Shown here: piece by piece, positions 38,511 to 44,668 of the stretch
Position numbering within the stretch: the stretch's first letter is position 1
How the letters are laid out: every line of letters begins with the position of its first letter
Source: an uncultured virus (IMG/VR IMGVR_UViG_3300034082_002556)
Taxonomy: Duplodnaviria; Heunggongvirae; Uroviricota; Caudoviricetes
Length of the DNA: 54,353 nt
Virus record (IMG/VR): IMGVR_UViG_3300034082_002556
Direction: 5' to 3' (one strand)
Notes under the pieces: generated by a model
What the model was told of the DNA's origin: nothing
Databases searched by the model: none
The model's input: only the letters and a program-made list of their open reading frames with translations
Program-made: the position numbers and the translations under genes

Positions 38511-38587
38511 GCTCCGCATCTGGGTAACGATCCCAGCTAATCATTGATTAACAGTCAAGCCCATGCACCATGCTCGGGTTCTGCGGA
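38509..38587 (-). tRNA. tRNA-Asn(GTT)
   Basis: Cloverleaf, G73, CCA, T-loop ATCGTTA. Confidence 0.85.
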
Positions 38588-38596
38588 ATAAAATTT

Positions 38597-38686
38597 TGGC
38601 GGAACGACTCGGACTCGAACCGAGAACCCGGATTACGCCGAGCGACAGATTAGCAATCTGCTCTAATACCATTATAGGACCGTTCC
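38597..38686 (-). tRNA. tRNA-Ser(GCT)
   Basis: Long V-arm, G73, CCA. Confidence 0.92.
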
Positions 38687-38699
38687 AAAACTTACAAAA

Positions 38700-38774
38700 T
38701 GGCTGGCCTTGAGAGGATCGAACTCCCACCCCTTGTTTCGAAGACAAGGATGATATCCATTTCACCAAAGGCCA
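38700..38774 (-). tRNA. tRNA-Arg(TCG)
   Basis: Cloverleaf, CCA. Confidence 0.9.
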
Positions 38775-38779
38775 AAAAC

Positions 38780-38853
38780 TGGTGCTCTCACCAGGTAACG
38801 ATCCTGGGTTGCTACATTACCAATGTAGTGTAATGCCTTTATACTATGAGAGC
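38780..38853 (-). tRNA. tRNA-Thr(GGT)
   Basis: Cloverleaf, CCA, T-loop ATCGTTA. Confidence 0.88.
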
Positions 38854-38861
38854 AATAAAAC

Positions 38862-38935
38862 TGGTGCGGGGTAAGAGAATCGAACTCTTGCTTAAACGTT
38901 GGCAACGTCTGGTTCTACCATTAAACTAACCACGC
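38862..38935 (-). tRNA. tRNA-Gly(GCC)
   Basis: Cloverleaf, CCA (A73 rather than the usual bacterial U73). Confidence 0.88.
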
Positions 38936-38959
38936 ATTTGCTATTTGCAAATAGCAAAT
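38936..38959. repeat. perfect 24-bp palindrome
   Basis: ATTTGCTATTTGCAAATAGCAAAT equals its reverse complement. Confidence 0.9.
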
Positions 38960-38964
38960 AAAAT

Positions 38965-39040
38965 TGGCTCCACAGCCTGGGCTCGAACCAGGGACCAAAA
39001 GATTAACAGTCTTCTACTCTACCAACTGAGCTACTGCGGA
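38965..39040 (-). tRNA. tRNA-Asn(GTT)
   Basis: Canonical cloverleaf, CCA. Confidence 0.93.
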
Positions 39041-39049
39041 ATAAAAATT

Positions 39050-39126
39050 TGGAGTAGGTGACAAGGATCGAACTTGCATAAAACGGATTTGCAATCCGCG
39101 GCCTAACCATTCAGCGACACACCTAC
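39050..39126 (-). tRNA. tRNA-Cys(GCA)
   Basis: Cloverleaf, U73, CCA. Confidence 0.88.
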
Positions 39127-39129
39127 ATA

Positions 39130-39349
39130 TTGCTCTGCATCCCCCGGCGGTAATTGTAGTACATCAGAAATTTGGTCAGCAAGTTTTCACTCACCAATTA
39201 GTTTTTCATCACACGTACCTTCCACCCGCTTCCCGACAGGGACCGTTATCGCATTGCTAGCGGCCTTTGGGTTCGAAGACTACCACCCGTACTTGTCACA
39301 GTACTTCTCATCGTGTGGGTCACACTATCCGGAGACACCCGGAACGTTC
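39130..39349 (-). ncRNA. candidate ~220-nt multi-hairpin ncRNA
   Basis: GC-rich non-coding spacer with at least six helices, starting right after the tRNA-Tyr CCA. Confidence 0.55.
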
Positions 39350-39438
39350 TGGTGGAGATGATAGGATTCGAACCTATTGCGTTTCTTAAGTACCGGATTT
39401 ACAGTCCGGGGCCACTCCACCATCGTAGCCGCATCTCC
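39350..39438 (-). tRNA. tRNA-Tyr(GTA)
   Basis: Long V-arm, CCA. Confidence 0.92.
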
Positions 39439-39442
39439 AAAG

Positions 39443-39517
39443 TGGTACTGGGTACGGGAATCGAACCCGTCTTACAAACGTGAAAGGCTTGTGTCCTAAC
39501 CGATAGACGAACCCAGC
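39443..39517 (-). tRNA. tRNA-Glu(TTC)
   Basis: Cloverleaf, CCA. Confidence 0.92.
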
Positions 39518-39645
39518 GTAAAGAAAAACCCTGAAGTAGTCCAGTCAAGCAACCAAACAGGGCCGTGTTAAAAAGAGAAACTGCTGTTGCAGGACCTAGT
39601 GCCTCAATGAGGGAAGTATCCAGGCGATGCAGTTTCAAAAATGAA

Positions 39646-39855
39646 TTTGAGAGTAGTGCCACCCTGTTATAGGCACCATTCACCCGATTTAACAAGTCCG
39701 GACGGGGTTCGGTACGTCACTTGGGATTCATCCAGCGTGGTAACCATGCTACACCGATCTTCCGATCAGCCGGGAGTCGAACCCGCTTGCCTTCTATTAC
39801 TCAGTACCTTCGAAGAATACTGCATAACGTGACTTCACTTGCTGACACTCTCAAA
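39646..39855 (-). ncRNA. candidate ~210-nt structured ncRNA with embedded T-arm
   Basis: Closing stem TTTGAGAGT/ACTCTCAAA, CGGG-TTCGACT-CCCG, GATC-GGAA-GATC and further helices. Confidence 0.6.
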
Positions 39856-39858
39856 ACT

Positions 39859-39934
39859 TGGCGGTCTTAGGGGGTAACGATCCCCACTCTTACGGCGTGA
39901 CAAGCCGTCGTGCGTCCATGAACACTTTAAGACC
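39859..39934 (-). tRNA. tRNA-Asp(GTC)
   Basis: Cloverleaf, G73, CCA, T-loop ATCGTTA. Confidence 0.88.
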
Positions 39935-39936
39935 AA

Positions 39937-40154
39937 CTATATTAAAAAATACTAAAGGAACCATTGTGCATCTATGTCTACCTATACGACCGTCTCGTAT
40001 AGGCCTGCACGGTCATTACTGCCTACATGCTCCGCCGCTTTTCTGAGCATTACTGCTCGGCTTCATGAACTCTGACTATTGAGCGTGGGCGGCCCCACTG
40101 TCCTCGCACAAAGTTCCTAACGGTGTAGGTAACCTTTAATACATTTTAATATAG
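39937..40154 (-). ncRNA. candidate ~218-nt structured ncRNA
   Basis: Closing stem CTATATTAAAA/TTTTAATATAG plus 9 bp, GTAA-loop hairpins, CCTATACGA/TCGTATAGG. Confidence 0.6.
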
Positions 40155-40187
40155 CAACCCTTGCGGGTTACTACAAGAAAACTCGAC

Positions 40188-40220
40188 TTTTTAAAGAACA
40201 TCTAGTTAATTTCTAACTAG
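40188..40220 (-). promoter_or_regulatory. boxB-like hairpin + boxA antitermination-like element
   Basis: CTAGTTA-GAAAT-TAACTAG then TGTTCTTTAAAAA. Confidence 0.7.
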
Positions 40221-40225
40221 TCTCT

Positions 40226-40254
40226 AGTATAACACGATGTGCAATACCAGTCAA
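40226..40254 (-). promoter_or_regulatory. sigma70-type promoter (P2 of the tRNA operon)
   Basis: TTGACT-17-TATACT. Confidence 0.8.
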
Positions 40255-40322
40255 TCTGTTTTGCAAAGTCCCTACAACTTCTAGGGTTTTTGCAACATCA
40301 GTTAATTTCTTAACTTGTTTCT

Positions 40323-40351
40323 ATTGTAGCAAAAATACGTTTACCGGTCAA
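40323..40351 (-). promoter_or_regulatory. sigma70-type promoter (P1 of the tRNA operon)
   Basis: TTGACC-17-TACAAT. Confidence 0.75.
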
Positions 40352-40407
40352 GTGAATTTTTGTTGTATTTTCACAACACTACCGGGGCCGCCCCTATAAG
40401 TATAGGC

Positions 40408-41295
40408 ATGACCAATCAAATACAACTTTCGACCAAGCACGGTCAGGTCCTGGTCGAACTACTTGACACTGAGTTTGTTCACTTCTGGAAAACTCATTAT
40501 GATCAAATGGTTGATTGTTACAGCCTAACACCTAGACACGTGCCCTGGCCCAATTATCAGCCCTGCAGCCACGAAACTGTTGACACACTAATTGATCGCA
40601 TTTTGAACGTGATCAAAACAATTAACTCCAGCAGTTACCTATGCCCGTTACCGGAAATTGTAACCAAAGATCAATTGAGTAGATTGGATTTGAGCACACA
40701 ACAATTGCTCAATCGATTACACAGATATGCAGTAGTAGCTACAGAATTTGGAAATCGATGGCATCACAACGGGCAGGAAGAATTTAACCCTGTACCCTAT
40801 ACCAACGATGAATTCATGTACAACATCAATGTGTTAAATCAAAGCATTCATTACCTTGAAGAATATGTAATAACACCACACAAACAAGAATTCTTGCGAC
40901 AAGTACAAACAGTAGAGTTTGTTTTTGAGTCATCTAAATACCAAGATGTTGACGTTTTTCTAGATGGATCAGCTGTTGCAATCCCTGACGAAATGCAACA
41001 GCATCTCAGATTGTCGGGGTATGATGTGTGGATCAAAAAAGATCTACTGGGAAAAGACTTTATAACTGCATTTGCAGATCATGATGACCCTGCACAATTT
41101 GACATACGTCCACCGCCTACAATCAGTGGCGGTATCGCAATTGATCTTGACCAAGGTAGGGACAACCTATTTGACAGTCCTTTATTTGCTGCCTGGCTCG
41201 GACAATCTCCCAATGATACACATGGTAGCTATCCATTGGGCAAAGTCATTTCTGGTAAAGAAAACTTATTAAAATTCAGCAGACGTTTCTGGTAG
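40408..41295 (+). CDS. hypothetical protein
   Basis: ATG 5 nt after TAAGTA; motifs shared with 10692..11780. Confidence 0.75.
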   Translation: MTNQIQLSTKHGQVLVELLDTEFVHFWKTHYDQMVDCYSLTPRHVPWPNYQPCSHETVDTLIDRILNVIKTINSSSYLCPLPEIVTKDQLSRLDLSTQQLLNRLHRYAVVATEFGNRWHHNGQEEFNPVPYTNDEFMYNINVLNQSIHYLEEYVITPHKQEFLRQVQTVEFVFESSKYQDVDVFLDGSAVAIPDEMQQHLRLSGYDVWIKKDLLGKDFITAFADHDDPAQFDIRPPPTISGGIAIDLDQGRDNLFDSPLFAAWLGQSPNDTHGSYPLGKVISGKENLLKFSRRFW

Positions 41296-41363
41296 CTCCA
41301 CCGGGTAACGATCCCAGGACTGCCGGTTATCAGCCGACTGTTATTCCATTTAACTACAGAGCT
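41290..41363 (-). tRNA. tRNA-Ile(GAT)
   Basis: Cloverleaf, CCA, T-loop ATCGTTA. Confidence 0.87.
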
Positions 41364-41371
41364 ATTCAATT

Positions 41372-41445
41372 TGGCACGGGTACTAGGGCTCGAACCTAGA
41401 ATGACAGAGTCAAAGTCTGTAGTGTTACCATTACACTATACCCGA
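41372..41445 (-). tRNA. tRNA-Gln(TTG)
   Basis: Cloverleaf, CCA. Confidence 0.92.
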
Positions 41446-41452
41446 ACAATCT

Positions 41453-41544
41453 TGGCGGAAAGCAGAGGAGTCGAACCCCATCCCATTTCTGAGAACCTGG
41501 TTTTCAAGGCCAGTCGCAGGACCATCCCCGCTGCATTACTTTCC
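41453..41544 (-). tRNA. tRNA-Ser(TGA)
   Basis: Long V-arm, G73, CCA. Confidence 0.9.
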
Positions 41545-41553
41545 ATTAACTAT

Positions 41554-41628
41554 TGGTGCCCCAGGATGGAATCGAACCACCACACCCTGCTTACAAAACA
41601 GGACCTCTACCACTAAGGATACAAGGGC
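41554..41628 (-). tRNA. tRNA-Thr(TGT)
   Basis: Cloverleaf, CCA. Confidence 0.9.
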
Positions 41629-41634
41629 AAAAAT

Positions 41635-41708
41635 TGGCGTACCCACTAGGACTCGAACCTAGACTGACGGTTTTGGAGACCGCGATGCTGCCATTACACT
41701 ATGGATAC
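41635..41708 (-). tRNA. tRNA-Trp(CCA)
   Basis: Cloverleaf, G73, CCA. Confidence 0.92.
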
Positions 41709-41717
41709 ATTAACATA

Positions 41718-41792
41718 TGGTGGACCGTAACGGGATCGAACCGTTCCTTAAGGCTTGCAAAGCCCTCGTGCCCCCAACAACACTTACAGCCC
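41718..41792 (-). tRNA. tRNA-Ala(TGC)
   Basis: G3.U70, cloverleaf, CCA. Confidence 0.88.
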
Positions 41793-41793
41793 A

Positions 41794-41858
41794 TACATTC
41801 TAAAACACACCATCTGCGGTATTGCAACCCAGATCAGCTTGGTGTATTTTAGAATGTA
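41794..41858 (-). ncRNA. stem-enclosed spacer element
   Basis: 19-bp stem TACATTCTAAAATACACCA/TGGTGTGTTTTAGAATGTA with one G.U. Confidence 0.5.
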
Positions 41859-42008
41859 GTGTGTTTCCACACCACATGATAGGGTCAATACCCTACCCAG
41901 GAGTCTTACTGTCTGTGTTACCGCCACAGAGTTCATGTGTCCTGTCCGCCCGTTTGCTTGTTTTTTTGAGTGCTTTAGCGGGACCTCGTTTCCCAATAGC
42001 ACTAAGTG

Positions 42009-42037
42009 AAAAACCCTGGAGTTTTTAATTCCAGGGT
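42009..42037 (-). terminator. intrinsic terminator / attenuator hairpin
   Basis: ACCCTGGA/TCCAGGGT followed by a T run. Confidence 0.8.
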
Positions 42038-42063
42038 CTTTGAATTTGTAGATGTTAACTTAG

Positions 42064-42195
42064 TTAATCATCCCATCCTTCAATAGACCCCGGTACTCCT
42101 GGAATACTATTCACATGATCATAGCCGCGTGACCAGGCTGTTGTCGCCTGTGTCAACATGGGTTTGGATCTTGTTAAAGTATTTGTTTTCATCAT
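42064..42195 (-). CDS. putative leaderless leader peptide (43 aa)
   Basis: MMKTNTLTRSKPMLTQATTAWSRGYDHVNSIPGVPGSIEGWDD, ATG 6 nt after TATAAT. Confidence 0.5.
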   Translation of the reverse strand: MMKTNTLTRSKPMLTQATTAWSRGYDHVNSIPGVPGSIEGWDD

Positions 42196-42201
42196 GTACC
42201 T

Positions 42202-42230
42202 ATTATAGTTTATTTATGATTGCCTGTCAA
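42202..42230 (-). promoter_or_regulatory. sigma70-type promoter
   Basis: TTGACA-17-TATAAT. Confidence 0.85.
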
Positions 42231-42280
42231 CCACTAAATTTATGTTTTATTTAGTCCAGTTGATTGGTATTCATTCAAGT

Positions 42281-42309
42281 ATTATACAACAAAAAGCTTT
42301 CTTGGTCAA
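42281..42309 (-). promoter_or_regulatory. sigma70-type promoter
   Basis: TTGACC-17-TATAAT. Confidence 0.8.
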
Positions 42310-42366
42310 GGGGGTATTTTGCCAGAATCATGTAAATACAACAACACAACATAGAAATGGAAACAC

Positions 42367-42642
42367 ATGGACTTTTTAAAAATTGTTGCCGAGCTTGGCT
42401 TTCCTATTGCGGCTGCATGCGGTGCAGGCTACTTTGTGTTCCTGACCTTGAAGTTTATTCTTGCAGGCGTGACTAGCAGTGTGAATGGCATGGGCGGAAT
42501 CATCAAGGGACTGGACAGCAGAGTTGATACCATGACCAACCAATTGCAACGTATCGACGTCAAGGTTAGTCATGCACTGGGGCTACAGCCTGACTATGAT
42601 CGCATAAGCAGAGCAGAGCAAATAGATCAAAGGAAAGATTAA
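42367..42642 (+). CDS. single-TM coiled-coil membrane protein (holin-like architecture)
   Basis: ELGFPIAAACGAGYFVF TM, then an amphipathic tail. Confidence 0.7.
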   Translation: MDFLKIVAELGFPIAAACGAGYFVFLTLKFILAGVTSSVNGMGGIIKGLDSRVDTMTNQLQRIDVKVSHALGLQPDYDRISRAEQIDQRKD

Positions 42643-42824
42643 TGAAATACCACGACTACGACCTAGATCTTTCCAAAGAAAAAATTGTACTTGATCGAGA
42701 AATAACACTTAAAAAACTTGAGTGGCACAAGGGTGACTACTTTGAAGTCACGGAGCATGATGGTCAAATTGAATTGGTCAGGGTTGATCCATTAGTAAAA
42801 TTTATAAAAGGTTACGAATTGTGA
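42642..42824 (+). CDS. small hypothetical protein (AbrB-like pattern)
   Basis: LKKLEWHKGDYFEV...DGQIEL. Confidence 0.55.
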   Translation: MKYHDYDLDLSKEKIVLDREITLKKLEWHKGDYFEVTEHDGQIELVRVDPLVKFIKGYEL

Positions 42825-42860
42825 ATTTCATGAGTGTTCAACCAGTAGGTAAATATTACT

Positions 42861-43217
42861 ATGAATTTAGCAGAATTAATTAACAAATATGGATTCCCTA
42901 TTATCAGCGCAGCTGGCATGGGATATTTCATTTACTATGTGTGGACCTGGGTAACCACTGAGATCAAGCCAGTTATAGGACAAGCCAATGGAACTCTTAT
43001 TGCTCTTATTGATCGTATTCGTATGCTGGACAACGACCTTATAAGGTTGAATCAAAAAGTAGAAACAGTTATGGAACTGCGCGGCAAAACCATTGAACAA
43101 GAGCGCATTGAAGCTGATAAAGAGATCAACACTCGGCGCAAAAAAGTAGTAGAAGAAGAGAATTCAGCCAACAAAAGAAAAATTGCACCCAAGGAAGCCA
43201 CAGGTAATGACCAATGA
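42861..43217 (+). CDS. single-TM coiled-coil membrane protein, paralog of 42367..42642
   Basis: KYGFPIISAAGMGYFIY TM; LIDRIRMLDNDLIRL. Confidence 0.7.
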   Translation: MNLAELINKYGFPIISAAGMGYFIYYVWTWVTTEIKPVIGQANGTLIALIDRIRMLDNDLIRLNQKVETVMELRGKTIEQERIEADKEINTRRKKVVEEENSANKRKIAPKEATGNDQ

Positions 43218-43921
43218 TCGAAGTCATATACACACTGATTACAACTCACATTACTATCTTAAGTGTTACTTTATTTTTGCACAGAGGCCAAGCACACAGA
43301 GGGATTGTGTTTCACCCTGTACTAGAACATTTTATGCGAGCCTGGCTATGGCTCACCACAGGCATGGTCACCAAGCAATGGGTTGCCATTCATCGTAAAC
43401 ATCATAGATTTACCGAACAACCGGGTGATCCACATAGCCCGCATGTGTACGGCATTAGCCGGGTGTTTTTTCGAGGAGCAGGGTTGTACCACCAAGCCAG
43501 CAAAGACACAGACATGGTCAACACTTATGGGCCAGGCACCCCAGATGATTGGGTAGAACGAAATGTATATTCCAAGCACAGTCGCTTGGGAATTGCTTTG
43601 TTATTGGGTGTAAATTTACTTTGCTTTTCCTGGTGGGGATTATTGATCTGGGTGATACAGATGTTATGGATTCCTTTTTGGGCAGCTGGGTTTATCAATG
43701 GAATTGGCCACTGGGCCGGCTATCGGAATAGCAACACCAAGGACCGCAGTTATAACATTGTGCCCTGGGGAATCATTGTTGGTGGTGAGGAATTGCACAA
43801 TAATCACCACCATGCGCCAGCAAATCCAAAACTAAGTCAACGATGGTTTGAATTTGACCTAGGTTGGGCTTGGTTCAAGATATTTGAAAAATTGAAATTA
43901 GCAAACGTTAGAATTGCCTAG
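43214..43921 (+). CDS. membrane fatty acid desaturase (delta-9 type)
   Basis: His boxes HRGQAH, HRKHH, HNNHH; GDPHSP; WFEFDLG. Confidence 0.92.
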   Translation: MIEVIYTLITTHITILSVTLFLHRGQAHRGIVFHPVLEHFMRAWLWLTTGMVTKQWVAIHRKHHRFTEQPGDPHSPHVYGISRVFFRGAGLYHQASKDTDMVNTYGPGTPDDWVERNVYSKHSRLGIALLLGVNLLCFSWWGLLIWVIQMLWIPFWAAGFINGIGHWAGYRNSNTKDRSYNIVPWGIIVGGEELHNNHHHAPANPKLSQRWFEFDLGWAWFKIFEKLKLANVRIA

Positions 43922-44609
43922 CAATAGATTCAGCTTCAGGAATGCGTGTATGTGTGTTCTTGCTGCCCAGTAATACCACAATTCGTCGACCAACATTGGT
44001 ATCCAGCATCATGACAATGCATCCGCCGCTGGCACGGATGTAACCAGTTTTACTCACTAAGAAATTGTATTTGTCAACAATTGGGTTGGTGTTATTGATC
44101 ACTACCCACTTTGCACGAGTGTGAATTTTAGTTTGCCTGATGTTGCTAGCATTGATGATTTCTTGGTAGCGAGATGATTCTATTACCATCTTTACCAGGT
44201 CAGATGCAGTGCTAATATTCATTATGTTAAGGCCAGTGGAGTCAATGAATCTAGTGCTGGTCATACCAAGTTGTTGAGCTTTGCGATTCATTTCCTTAAC
44301 ACAAGAATTGCGAAAACCATCATAGTTATCACACAGTACCTGCGTTGCTTGATTGTCACTTTTTATTAATGCCAGTTTGATCAGTGCTCGACGAGTGTAT
44401 GTTCCCAGCAGTTCATCAAGATCTTGTTGCTTGTCCAAAATCACCATGACTGTCATCAGTTTGGTGATGCTAGCAATACTGCGAGATTCTTGACTGTTGT
44501 TGCTGTGAAGTACGTGGCCATCACTATCTGCTACCAACCAACTTTTGGCAGTCATTGCAAAGGCTGCGGGACAGGCCAGCATGGCAATAGTGAGTAAAAA
44601 TTTAATCAT
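43908..44609 (-). CDS. peptidase S11 (D-Ala-D-Ala carboxy/endopeptidase, PbpG-like)
   Basis: Signal peptide, SITK (SxxK), SDN, KTG. Confidence 0.92.
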   Translation of the reverse strand: MIKFLLTIAMLACPAAFAMTAKSWLVADSDGHVLHSNNSQESRSIASITKLMTVMVILDKQQDLDELLGTYTRRALIKLALIKSDNQATQVLCDNYDGFRNSCVKEMNRKAQQLGMTSTRFIDSTGLNIMNISTASDLVKMVIESSRYQEIINASNIRQTKIHTRAKWVVINNTNPIVDKYNFLVSKTGYIRASGGCIVMMLDTNVGRRIVVLLGSKNTHTRIPEAESIARQF

Positions 44610-44668
44610 CAAATTGATTATAACTGAACTGTTGCCAGCATACACTGATATTGAACAAACTCAGAGTC

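Noticed and set aside
38936..38959. 24-bp palindrome as an operator or recombination site
   Set aside because: Single copy in a short tRNA spacer with no nearby promoter; most simply a spacer hairpin
39130..39349. Hammerhead or theta (HDV-like) ribozyme
   Set aside because: No CUGAUGA...GAAA core in the right helical context, and I could not build the nested double pseudoknot by eye; kept as an unknown RNA
39937..40154. RNase P RNA (GAGGACAGU resembles GAGGAAAGUCC)
   Set aside because: The P4 partner motif (ACAGAA.CCGGCUUA-like) is absent and the 5' motif is incomplete
32408..42005. Track ORFs overlapping tRNAs (e.g. 38233-38427, 38541-38768, 39399-39695, 41371-41616, 41553-41852)
   Set aside because: They run through or antisense to clear tRNA genes and lack RBSs
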